Source: Vicugna vicugna
Taxonomy: Eukaryota
Length of the DNA stretch: 64,000 nt
Assembly (NCBI GenBank): GCA_013265495.1
Contig: MU058444.1
Coordinates: 2,666,001-2,730,000, forward strand
Reading direction: 5' to 3'
Shown here piece after piece: positions 24,008 through 36,000 of the stretch. Made by a program: the position numbers and the translations under genes. Position 1 is the stretch's first letter. Each line of letters begins with the position of its first letter. The notes under the pieces were generated by a model. It searched no databases and was not told the DNA's origin. It saw only the letters and a program-made list of their open reading frames with translations.

Positions 24008-25954
24008 GTGAGTAAAAGAGGGAAAAAGATGTCCCTCCGGGTTGTGCGTATTCACGTACTGGGTATCGGTTGTGGGAAAAGCCTTGTATTCAGCACAGGA
24101 CTTAAAAAAAGACTGTGCCTGAAAGCACCCACACTCTGTGAGGCGTGATTGACATGCCGTCAGATGTCTGCAGTGTGGCAGGGCTTCTCCACCTCGGACG
24201 CCCGACACTTGGAGTCTGATAACTCCATGGTGCGTTTAGGGTGCTTCTACCCAGTCTGTGGCCCCAGACATCGCCAGCTGTGCCCTGTGCAGTACAGGGT
24301 GGTCAGTACTAGGTGGGTGCTCCAGCAACGCCAAGAGCACAGAGAGCCAGCTCAGACTCGGGAGGTTTGGGAGAGCCTCCCAGAGGAAGTGGGGCTGGAA
24401 CCGAATCTTGGTGAGTGTGATCAGATTTTTATTTTGGGAGGATGGCTGTTTACAGCAGATTGACAGGGTCATGTCTGGCAGGGAAAACCAGTTAGGAGCT
24501 TGGAAGTGAAGAGAGTGAATTGAATGGAGGGAAGAGGAGTGATTGAGACATAGTAGGAAGTTAGAATTGAAAGATCTGAGTGCCTGATTGCAGGGAGGAG
24601 GGAGACAGAAGAGTTCCGAAGACACCGGGGTTTCTGGTGAGGACAGCTAGCTGGATGGCGATGATGCGTACAGGAGGGGAAGCAAGTCTCATCAGAAGGG
24701 AGATGCTGAGTTTAGTTGTGGACGTGACTTTGGGGTGCTTGAGGAGCTGTCTAGAGGACAGCTAAGTATGCACAGGTCTGGCCTTGGGGACATCTGGAGT
24801 GGGCGTCTGGATTCAGGAGGAAGGTTGGAATCAGCAGGAACAGGGGAGAGCACCCTCGGAGATATCTGAGCGAGAAGAGAAGGCTATGGGGGTCAGGCTG
24901 TGAGGAGTACCAGTATCCAGTGGGGTGGGACTGGGGGAGTCGGGGAAGGTGATCGAGGGGGCGCTGCCTGAGAGGTGGGAGCTCAGCCAGGATGGTAGTG
25001 TCTGGGCAGCCAAGGAGGCCTGGAGCTTTGGGGATAACGGTCATGATGTAAGTAACGATACCGTAGGGAGAGCAGCAGCAAACATTCATGTTATTACCAC
25101 GGCCCCACAGTTCGTTGCAAGTGCATTGCATGCAGTAGCCCGTGTAATCCGGACAGCAGTCTTAGGAGGGGTCAGTGCTGCTGTCATGCCTGTTTCATAG
25201 GCGAGGCCACTGCATTGTCGCTAGGCTAGGTAGCCTGCCCAAGCTCATAAGGTGGTGAGAGGTGGAGCCAAGATTTGAATCTGGTCATCTTGTCTTCAAG
25301 GTGGTGCTCTTAATCACACAATTTTGGAAGCTTGATGTAGATCCTGTAAGACGAATTGTATAGAATCCATTGGATTTATCAACTGGGTGGAACCTTGTGG
25401 GTAGAGACAGAGCCAGGGCAGGGTGTCTGGAGGAGAGCGGTGGGTGTGGAATGCATCCTCTTCTAACAGGTTCAGCTGAAAAGATGGGTGAGGGAGGGTA
25501 GGAGACAGGTCTGAATATGGAAAAATTTGAGGGAAAGAGAAGATAACACACACACACACACACGACAGCAGTACTTGAACATGTGTGTCAGCTGAGCAGA
25601 AAGATCTAGAAGAGAAAGCGGAGGGGAGCTTGAAGATTCTTGGAGGGATTTGATAAATCACGGTCCTTAGCAGGCAAGAGCAGATGGGTGCAGGCTTTAG
25701 GTGTGGAGACTGGCTTTCTGTGGGAGGAAGGAGGGAGATGTGTCCACGGAGGTGGGAGGGAAGGCAGTACAACTTGTGGCTGCAGAAGCTTGGAGCTGAG
25801 CGGGTCGGCCTGGTGGCCTTTATTTTCTGTAAGGAGGTGAAGTCCTGTGATGAGAGAGGGGGGAGGGCGGTGCGGCAGGGAGCGTGGTGGGCCAACTAGC
25901 GAAGATCGAAACCGCTCTTCTGAGAAGTGGGGAAAGAGATGGTCACGTGTCAGA

Positions 25955-26130
25955 TCCCAGCTGTGCGGCTCCACACGCTGTGACCCTGGGTAAAATGATG
26001 TGACTTCCTTGTGCCTCAGGTTCCTCGCCTTTAAAGCAGGGATATAGTGGTGCCCACCTTATAGGGCTTTTAAAGGATTACATGGGCTAATGGATTAAAG
26101 ATGCTTGTAACAGGGCCTGAGTACATGTTT
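25955..26130 (+). mobile_element. MIR SINE remnant
   Basis: gctgtgaccctggg...gtgcctcagg core. Confidence 0.65.
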
Positions 26131-26642
26131 GCTCTCACAGTGTTGACCTTGAATAAGGACTCCTTGGTGTTGGTAAAGGTCCAGGGGAGGTCAGAGGCTG
26201 TGAATTTTTAATCCTCCACATTCGTTTAATTGTGTGTTTTCCCCAGACATTCTCAGCGTTTTGGGAACAAGACTGCAGACGGTAGCTGTGGACTTATTTA
26301 GAATCTAGGTTTTGCCAAATGGTTGAAATGAAAGCAGTTGAGGGTTTGGTGTTGAAGTGGGAGAGGTGAGTACCTGGGTGTAGGCTGGATGGGAAGGAAA
26401 GGTAAGAGAGGGGGAGCTGATAGGAAGGAAATAGTGGGGTCCAGTCCCAGGAGGTTTGTCGTTGAGTTCTCAGCTTCACCTGATGGCTTAACCTCAGTGA
26501 AGTGATGTTTATTCTGGGAAGCAAATTAGGAAATCTGTGTTATTGAAACTTACTCTACCATTGGTTACTGCTGACTCAGTGTTTCTTTACTCCTCTTACC
26601 ATTCTCATGCATTTATTTTGTCCATGTGCCCTTGTTTTTAAG

Positions 26643-26722
26643 GAAAACCTGGAAGATGAGTATGAACCGCGAAGAAGAGATCACATTTCTCACTTTATTT
26701 TGCGCCTAGCTTATTGCCAGTC
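26643..26722 (+). CDS. PRIM2: PRIM2 exon 4, [26 protein letters not shown](S)
   Basis: Acceptor tttttaag ending 26642; donor GTGAGT at 26723; 80 nt; contains the conserved [13 protein letters not shown] motif of primase large subunits. Confidence 0.97.
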
Positions 26723-27009
26723 GTGAGTACACATTTGTCACTCTCTTGGTCAAATCTGGTTATCTTGGGTTATAAACTGTACAGGATGGCTGACCCGTAT
26801 AGTTTACTGAACATAGGAAGTCTCGGAATAACATCAGAAACCAGTGGTTCATGGACTGAGCTCTGCTGCAGTGAATTTTTTGAAACAACTTGTTTACTAA
26901 AAAAATATCAAAAGCATTTCTTATTGCAGAATTTTTCCTGTTGAAACACGAATTTTTTTTTAATAATGTGGAATTAACAAAAATGTTAAACTTTATTTTA
27001 TCACCCAGA

Positions 27010-27150
27010 TTCTATTTTTATTTACTGGGAATTTTTTTGGTGGGAGGGGTAGTAATTAGGTTTTTATTTATCTAATGGAGGGATCAGGGATTGAACTGGG
27101 ACCTCGTGCATGCTAGGCACACTGTACAACTGAGCCGGACCCTCTCCCCC
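27010..27150 (-). mobile_element. tRNA-Ala-derived SINE (Vic-1-like), antisense
   Basis: gtaattaggttttt..ggggattgaac..gacctcgtgcatgctaggca is the reverse complement of the SINE body. Confidence 0.85.
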
Positions 27151-28303
27151 AAACATTAAATTTTTAACTTTATGGGAAAGACTTCATTTGGGATTTAAAA
27201 TTGGAGGGGATTTCATTAGGAAGAAGGACTTCTGATACTTTTTTTTCTCAGAAAAAAAGTGGTACTATTTATGAGAAATAGTGTATCACATACTTGAATC
27301 TGTGCGGGTTTTAGAAGTTGAGATGTGTGGGCTAGTGACTGAGTCAGGGCTTCTCCTTTAGTAGTGGTTTCTTGTCGGTCAACAGTGCCACCCAGAGGAA
27401 GAAGGGGTTAGTAGCTTTTTTTTCCCAAACTTTTTTTTTTCCTGTATTAATTTTGACTAATTTACATGCTAATTTTTCTGTTTCTTTTTCTGTTCCTTTT
27501 GTTAATAGGTTTATCAAATGGGACTCTTGAATTGTTTACTATCCCAATTTAATAACTGAGAAACTATTAATCAGCTTTGGACCTACAGTTTTTCTTTGTA
27601 AAAAAAAGCATATGCACTTTATGCAATTTGTGTAGTAATTGAATTGCTGACCATGTGTTCATTTGGGGAAAGAACCCTAAATTATATTTTATATTCAGCA
27701 GCATAATTGTTTTATAACAGCAGTAATAATGCCCATTGCGTATCTGTCTCATAAATTAATATATTGTATGTTGTCTTTTAAATGATTGAGGTATACTAGA
27801 GCATTATAAAGTTATAGAAATTATAACTAGAAAGCTGTATGCAAAGTTTACTTTGCAAAGTTGACCTGATCATAATCCATTCAGAGATAAATTTCCTTTA
27901 AAAATTTGATGTTTATTTGGCATTGGTGAAACCATCTTAGACAGAAGGAATACCCCGTTTTCTAATGCAAATGACTACTTTGCAGTTACACCAAACCCAG
28001 TGCACTCTTTTCTCTTAGGTTATTTGATAATAATGCGGCTAGGCTTGAAGTACTCTGTATTTAATTCTTCTAACTTTTGTGTTTATATCACCTTTCTCCC
28101 CCATATTCTGCTCATCCCTGGGAGATTGTGGCACATGATGTGTATCCACACTATTTATCATAATAGAGGGTTGTGTGCTTGTAACTTCTGTCTGTTGGCT
28201 TCTTGCTCATGTTTGAATATTGCTCTATAGAAATTTCAGAGAACTTTTAAAATAATCATTGGACCTTTCATTTATGCTTGTAATTTTCCTGTCCCCATTT
28301 CAG

Positions 28304-28424
28304 TGAAGATCTTAGGCGCTGGTTCATTCAACAAGAAATGGATCTCCTTCGATTTCGATTCAGTATTTTACCCAAGGACAAAGTTCAGAGTTTCTTAAAG
28401 GATAGCCATTTGCAGTTTGAGGCT
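28304..28424 (+). CDS. PRIM2: PRIM2 exon 5, [11 protein letters not shown]...LQFEA
   Basis: Acceptor catttcag ending 28303; donor GTGAGT at 28425; 121 nt, phase 2 to 0. Confidence 0.97.
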
Positions 28425-29552
28425 GTGAGTATATTTTTAGAGTCATTTCCAATTGTTATCACCATTCGTCCCTCCCTGCTGCCTTAGGTACTGGTATTAG
28501 TGTGTGAAGTTTGTTCTCTTTACATTTTTTCCTAAGTACCAGCTTAGAAAAAATAGCTGTTGGCTTTGCACAGCAATGAACCTTTCCTTTTCCATGACCA
28601 GAAAGGGGCTCCTTAGTACCAACGCTTCACACTGAGTTGCTTTATTAAATATGTGATTTATGAAAGCTCAAAACAGTTTAATTTATAAAAGTTCACCTTT
28701 AATCCAAATCTTCCAGGCCCAAAATTGAAAGCTAATAATGTTCTTAAGAAAACAGAGAAGTGGTAATACTTATTTAGAAGTCAGTTGTCAATAAAATCCC
28801 TGAATAGTTTTAAGATACAGTTTTGTAGGCAAATATGAATGAGTTATGTAAAGTAATTATATAAAAAAGAAGAAATGTCTGGCACATATTTAGCAGCGAT
28901 AATTATTGTGGGTGGAGATATAATTTATGTCTTTCCGGTGGATCTGTGCCGCAATGGGAAGATAGAAAATTCTATTTTGGAAAACTTAGAGCAGTCATGT
29001 GGTCGTAGGACTGGTTGAGACTATTTTGGTGTTAGAATGGGTGACCTGAGGTCAAACAAAGTAAAAAAAAGTAGAAGCTGGAGTAGGTGAAAGACATTGT
29101 CCTGTTTGAGAAGTGGATGTGCCCACTGGAGCGAGAGTCAGTGTGTGTTACTGAGTTGGGGGAAGGAGTTTGCAGGAGGGAAGTAAATAAACCCTTGGTA
29201 GACATTTAGTGTCTATCCTGTGCTAGGAAGGGGCTCTCCACACTTTCTCTTAAGTTCTGAGTGCCCTTTGAGGTTTCTGAATAATGTAGACCTGGGCAGT
29301 AGGAAAGTGCCAGTCCCAGAACCTGCTCACCCAAACCCCCGGGCATTTTCCCCTTTGCTCTTAACTCTGGTCCTTAGTGAAGTGCATCATTGCTAGTACC
29401 AGTTACAGTTAATTTGCCCTTTCGTATTGAAAATAGTTGATTTATTTTTTGCTGGTGTTGAAATTATGGTATTAGGTCATACAGAAAGTGTTTTTTGAAG
29501 ATTTACTCTTTGTTCTAGAGTGTGTGAGTATGTCAAGTAGAAATTAAAAAAA

Positions 29553-29775
29553 ATTTTTTTTTAAATTTAAGTACAGTCAGTTTACAGTGCTGTGTTCATT
29601 TCCAGTGTACAGCACAACACTTCAGTCATACATGAACACACATATATTCGTTTTCATGTTCTTTTTCACCGTGAGCTACTACAAGATACTGAATATAGTT
29701 CCCTGTGCTAAACGGAATAAACTTGTTTATCTGTTTTATATATACCAGTCAGTATCTGCAAACTTGACCGTCTAG
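29553..29775 (-). mobile_element. L1 3' UTR fragment, antisense
   Basis: T-tract followed by the reverse complement of the 4339-type L1 3' end; gtagaaatt repeated on both flanks. Confidence 0.8.
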
Positions 29776-29820
29776 TTTCTTAAGGTAGAAATTTAAGTTA
29801 CTGATTTGAGGTAGTTATCC

Positions 29821-31878
29821 TTTTTTTTAACAAGTGGTATAGTTGATGTACGATGTTATGTTGGTTTCAGGAGTACTGTATAATGATTAGACGTTTGTGT
29901 ACATTATGAAATGATCACTGCAATGTCCCATAACCATCTGACCCATACAAAATTATTACAGTATTATTGACTATGTTCCTTATTGACATCTGCATGACTT
30001 ATTTGTTATAAACTGGATATTTGTAGCTGTTAATCCCCTTTGCCTATTTCACACACATCCTGCCCCCTCCCTGCTGGCAAACACCCGTTCTCTGTGTCTG
30101 TGAGTCTGTTTTCATTTTGTTTGTTACTTTTCTCTTTTTAGATTTTGTGTATAAATGAGATCACACTGTGTTAGTTTTTCTCTCTTTGATTTGTTTCACT
30201 TAGCATAATACCCTCTATATCCCTCCGTGTTGTTGCAAATGGCAAGATTTCATTTTTTAAATGAGTAATATTCCATTGTGTGTATATATACACACATATA
30301 TATACACTTACAATATGTATAACACTTACATACCACATCTTTATTCATTCATCTATCAGTGACACTTACGTTACTTCCATGTCTTGGTTAAGGTAAATAA
30401 TGCTGCAGTAAACATTGGAATGCATTTATCTTTTCAAATTAGTGTTTTTGCTTTCTTCTGGTAAGTATCTGGAAGTGAAATTTCTGGATGATGGAAGTTC
30501 TGCTTTTAATTTATTGGGGAACCTTTGTACTGTTTTCCATAGTGGCTGCACCAACTTCCAATCCTATCAGCGGTGCACAGTGGCTCCCTTTTCTGCACAT
30601 CCTCACCAGCACTTGTTACTGGCTGTCTTTTTAGTGGTAGCCATTCTGACAAGTGTGAGGTGATATCTCACTATGGTTTTGATTTGCGTTTCCCTGATGA
30701 GTGGTGATGCTGAACATCTTTTCATGTGCTTGTTGACCACTGTATGTCTTCTTTGGGAAGACGTCTATTCAGGATCTTTGTTCATTTTTTAATCTGGTGG
30801 TTTGTGTTTTTGATATTGAGTTGAATGAGTTCTTTGTACATTTTGGATATTACCCCTCATCAGATATGTTGTTAGCAAATGTCTTCTCCGATTTAGTAAG
30901 CTACCTTTTTGTTTTCTAGAGTTTCCTTTGCTGTGCGAAAGCTTTTAAGTTTCATGTCGCATTTGTTTATTTTTGCTTTTGTTTCCCTTGCCTGAGGAGA
31001 CATACCCAAACACTATTGCTAAGACCAGTGTCAAAGAATCTACTGCCCGTGTTTTCTTCTCAGAGTTTTGTGGATTCAAGTCTTACATTTAAGTCTTTAA
31101 TCCATTTTGAGTTTATTTTTGTGCGTGGTGTGAGAGGGTGGTCCAGTTTGATTCTTTTACATGTAGCTGTCCAGTTTTCCCAACACCGTTTAGTTAAGAG
31201 GCTGTCTTTTCCCCATTATACGTTTTTAATTTCTTTGTTTTGGATTAACAGACCACATAAATGTGGGTTTATTTCTGGGCTCTCTATTCTGTTCCATTGA
31301 TCTATGTATCTACTTTTGTGCCTGTATCAGACTGTTTTGATTACTGTAGGTTTATAGTGTAGCTTGAAATCAGAGAGTGTGATACCTTCAGCTTTGTTCT
31401 TTTTTCTTAAGATTGTTTTAACTATTTCAGGTCTTCTGTGTTTCCATACAAACTTTAGAATTATTTGTTTTAGTGCTGTGAAAAATGCTGTTGGTATTTT
31501 GATAGAGAATGCATTGACTGTATATTGCCTTGGGTACTGTAGTCATTTTAGCGATATTTTTCCCGTCTGTGAGCATGATGTATCTTTCCATTTGTTTATG
31601 CTGTCTTCAGTTTCTTTCATCAATGTCTTACAGTTTTCCAAGTACAGGTCTTTTACCTCCTTGGTTAGATTTACTCCTTGGTATTTTATTCTTCTGGATG
31701 CAGTTGTAAATGAGATGGTTTTCTTCATTTTTGCCATTTTAATTATAATCTGTCTTGGTGTGGACCTGTTTGGGTTCATCTTGTTTACAATTCTGTGCTT
31801 CCTGGAACTGAACATCTGTTTTCTTTCTTTGGTCAAGGAAATTTTCAGCTATTATTTCTTCAAGTATGTGTTCTGCTC
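29821..31878 (-). mobile_element. Antisense L1: ORF1 fragment fused to ORF2 C-terminal part and 3' UTR
   Basis: ORF 31543-31836(-) reads NKMNPNRSTPRQIIIKMAK (ORF1-like) then KKTISFTTASRRIKYQGVNLTKEVKDLY (ORF2-like); poly(T) at 29821. Confidence 0.9.
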
Positions 31879-32379
31879 TTGAGTGGAGTTAACTTTGGTA
31901 CACAATTCAAGGTTGGAAATTTCTCATCAGGATTTTGAAGGTATTACTGTATTACCTTTTAGCTTCCAGAGTTGCTCTTGAAAAGACTGATTCCTGATTC
32001 TGTGTGTCTCACTTTGTATAGTTTGGCCCTCCCACCTCCCACTCTGGTTTGTGAAATTTCCTAATGATGTCTGAATGGTTTTTCATTCTTTGGGACGGGA
32101 ACTTGGTGGGCCCTTTTAATCTGAAGACTTGGGCTCTTCTGTTTAGAAAAGTTTTTTTTTTTTTGTTATTGAGTTGATAATTTCCTCCTTTTCGTTTTTT
32201 ATTACTCTTTCTTTATAATTTCTTGTTTGTTAGAATTTGGACCTCCTGGATTTGTCCTATTCTTTTCTTTTTCTCCCTGACATTTAATCTTTGTCTTTTG
32301 TTTTCCTTTCTAGGAAAGTTCTTCAACTGTTTTATAAATTTCTTTTTTTCTCTGCTCTCCTATCATTAATTTCTTTTTA

Positions 32380-33078
32380 TTTGTTTGTTTATTAAAATTT
32401 TTAATTTTATCTTTCATTTTTTATGCAATTTTTAAAGATTACTTTCCATTTACAATTAATATAAAATATTGGCTATATTCCCTGTGTTGTACAGTACATC
32501 CTTGAGCTTGCCTTACACCCAGTAATTTGTGCCTCCCACTCCTCCACCCCAGCCCCACTGGTAACCACTAGTTTGTTCTCTTTTGTTCTCTATATCTGTG
32601 AGTCTGCTGCTTCTTTGTTATAGTCACTGGTTTGTTGTATTTTTTAGATTCCACATACAATATGTGTCTTTCTCTGTCTGACTTATTTCACTTAGCATAA
32701 TGCCCTCCAAGTCCATCCATGTTGCTGCATTCTTTTTTATGAATGAGTAGTATTCTATCACACATATATACCGTATCTTTCTCCAGTCATCTGTTGATGG
32801 ATGCTCAGGTTGCTTCCATATCTTGGCAATTGTAAATAATGCTGCTATGAACATCAAGTGCATGTATCTTTTCAAATTAGTGTTTTTGTATTGTTTAGAT
32901 ATATACCTCGGAGTGGAATTGCTGGATCATGTGGTAGTTCTGTTTTTAGTTTTTTTGAGAAACTTCCATTCTGCTTTCCACAGCGGCTGCAGCAGTTTGC
33001 TTCTCCACCAACAGGGAACAAGGGTTTCCTTTCTTCCACATCGTCACCAACGCTTGTTATTTGTGTTGTTTTTGATGT
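32380..33078 (-). mobile_element. Antisense L1 ORF2 end + 3' UTR
   Basis: ORF 32624-32875(-) MFIAALFTIAKIWKQP...WMDLEGIMLSEISQ is the L1 ORF2 C-terminus. Confidence 0.9.
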
Positions 33079-36000
33079 CCTGTCTTTAATTTCTAACAGA
33101 CCTTTCTGGTTCCCCTTTTTACAGCTGTTGTTGTTTCATGAATACATCGTCTCTTTTCTTTTAAAGTTTGCTGATTGTGTTCCTCTGCTTCCTTAGATGT
33201 CTGTTCCCCTCTCATTCCTTTGTTTAGTTTATCAGTTGTGGATGGTCTTTCATGTTGAATGTTTTCCTCGAGTGTTTAATGGTCCTTGACTATTTGTTTT
33301 TGCTTCAGATTGAGCTATTAAGTAGATTGGAAGACTGAGGTACACATGCAGATGCATGAGATACTTATTTACCTGATCTGTTTTTACAAAAAAAAGTTGG
33401 TTGTTGGATGACCCTTGCAAATTCAGTATTTCAGAGGAAGCCTCCAATCTTCTTTCACAGTGATTTTTGTCTAAATGCTGGTCTTATATCTGAGAGCCAG
33501 GAGCCCACTGTTACTATGGTGACTTGATTTTTTTTCCTTCCTTGACTTATATCTTTGATCTTTAATATATGGTGCTTCTAATTCATGATTTTCTCCTGCT
33601 CTCTGTGGTCATACTGGCTTTCTTCTTTTCAGTGTCCTTTTCTCTAGCGATTGAGTTACAGGTTCCTCTTTTTTTCTGAATCATTTAATGCACTTCGATC
33701 TACCCTCCAGAAACATGTTGACCTTTGTCTTCCACCACTTTGTTTGTCCTTTGTGGTTTACATCTGTTTTAATACTGTTACTGTCATTAAAATTTTATTG
33801 TAGGGGTAAAGGAAATGAATACAAATGCTTGGTTTGACAGTTTTACCAGGAGCCTCTGTGATCTCCACAATTACAGTTTTAAATTTAGGGGACAAAGTTA
33901 AACTTTTAAAATGTGTTTTGTTAACAGTGGTTAGCGGTCCAGGCTGTGGTGTTGTGTCTTTGAGTCTGATTTTCCCCTCCAGCACGTATCCGTGTTGGGA
34001 AAACCCTCCTCTGCGGGTCTCTTCTGTCCCTGCACGTCTTGCTGGGTATTTCAAGAGTGCAGGGTTGTGAGGACTCTTTCCCTGGGCCATGCTGGTCTCT
34101 GGTTGATTCCTGTGATGTGGGTAATAAAGTTCCTTGTTTCTAACGCAGGGGTCTGTGTCTTCTGCTAGCATCCATTAAACAGTAAGAGGCTAACTTACTG
34201 GCTTATGAGTAGCACAAAATTCAGTTCAGACTTGACAGCCAGCTGTGTGATTTTTTGAATCTGTACTGCAGTTTGAAATGGGGCTAATCCCAGTCCCCAC
34301 TTGACGGATTTTGTGAGGTTTCAGTGAGATAGAGTATACAGAGTGCTTAGTACTGTGCCTGGCATGTGTGTTCTCCAGTGGTATTAGGATACAGAGCAGC
34401 AAATGTCTGTATGTTGGAGATGTTTGGGGTTAATTAGGTGGATGTGTTTTGCTCCAAATTAAAAAAATCTGTTTTGGGTCTTTTTATTTTAGGAAACAGG
34501 AATTTATGGGAAATATATGAATACTTCTAACAAGTGTGCTGGAGTCATGTATGGTTTTTACTGCTCATGTAAAAAGCAACATGTATGGTTGCTTCTAGTC
34601 TGTTTGCTGTAATTATTACTTTGTCTGTTGATTTATTTGCTTCCTGCTTCATTTTCAAGGTCATTTGAGGTACATCATGATAAAGATACACATTAAAGTA
34701 AAATGTAGACTATGGGTAAAATTGGACGATTGACTGAAGGGAATATTAATATCCACATTTGTCCATCCTGGCAGCGAGGGGTTGATACAGTTTCTAAGAT
34801 GAACAGTAAGTTTGGCTTCTTGTGTGACTGGTTTTTCTAGTTCAGTGATTCTCAGGGGGCAGATAAGATGTGATCCTCCAGGGGCGTTTATCAGAACCTG
34901 GGATGGAGGTGTGCAGAGTGTGAAAAACGTTACGATACGCCTTTTCTTTTTGAAATAAACACTGTAGATAAAACTTGATCAGGTGTTTGTAGCTGGTGGG
35001 GATTCGTGGCAGACAGAGTGAGAGAGCATTGGAGGAGGCCTGGCAGAGGAGTCATTCCTGTGACAGACTGTAGTCGCTCTCCTGGCGGAGACCTGTCCCC
35101 GTCTTCTGGTTCTCTCACAGGCACCTGATCCTGGCAGGTACGACACTGAGTTCAGGTGCTGTTGACTGCGTGCCCCCTGACCCCTGAAGTCCTTCCAGTT
35201 TCCAGCCTTTTGCAATTTAGGGACATGCACATTTCCGTCCCCTTGGTTAGACTGTTTGGTTTGCATTTGAAAACTGTTGTGTTAAAACAGGTGTCAGTGA
35301 TGCTTTTTAGACTCAGGACGAAGCAAGGGTTAGGGAGAGGTTACTAGCATGTGTCTCATAAGCTGGTGCTGAATGCAGGCCAGGCCCTGCTGCCGGAGTT
35401 GAGGCAGAAGGAAGCAGCAGGAGTGGAGGGCCGAGGCCATCCTGGTTTCACGTCGCAGCAGCTGGATTGCTGGCCCACGCGTCTTAGAGTCGGCCTGGCT
35501 TCAAGGGCCAGTGTGCTGTGTTTGTGTGCGTTTCCCCATCTTCAGCTTCATTAAAGCTGCAGTGACTTTCCTTTGATTTACTTCTGTAAAATAAATGTAG
35601 TCTTACATTAGGAGGAGATGCAGTGTTAGAACTAAATTGCGTGATGTTTGCTTTGATGGAAAAATAGGTACGGAAAAAGAGCTAATTAATTCCTTTGTAT
35701 AGTTTTTTGTTTTACATTTTACTTTTGTTCGGTTTGCCATGGTTGTTGTAATTTTATTGGATAAAAATTTGGAGAAGGTGATAATGGGGCCGGTTACCTG
35801 ATGTGGGACTCCTGTGTTCTGTTCCTGGCTCCGGCTGTCCTTTGATACTTTGGCTTTTTTTGGTCTATTTTTGGGTTTCTAGTGGATGGTAGATTCTGAA
35901 TCTTCACGGCATACAACAGAAAGCCTTACATGAAGTGTTCGAAAAGGAAAAACTGTTGTTTTTCATTCTTGGATGTAGGTGTAAAAAACTTGGATTTTTA

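Noticed and set aside
23888..24148. ORF-track extensions of PRIM2 exons (also 56476-56673 and 58700-58933) as alternative proteins
   Set aside because: Read-through into introns past strong GT donors; similarity to primase stops at the splice sites.
25314..25974. Cluster of long ORFs (193 aa, 122 aa) in intron 3
   Set aside because: Purine-rich decayed L2-like sequence with a CA repeat; low-complexity translations and no splice or homology support.
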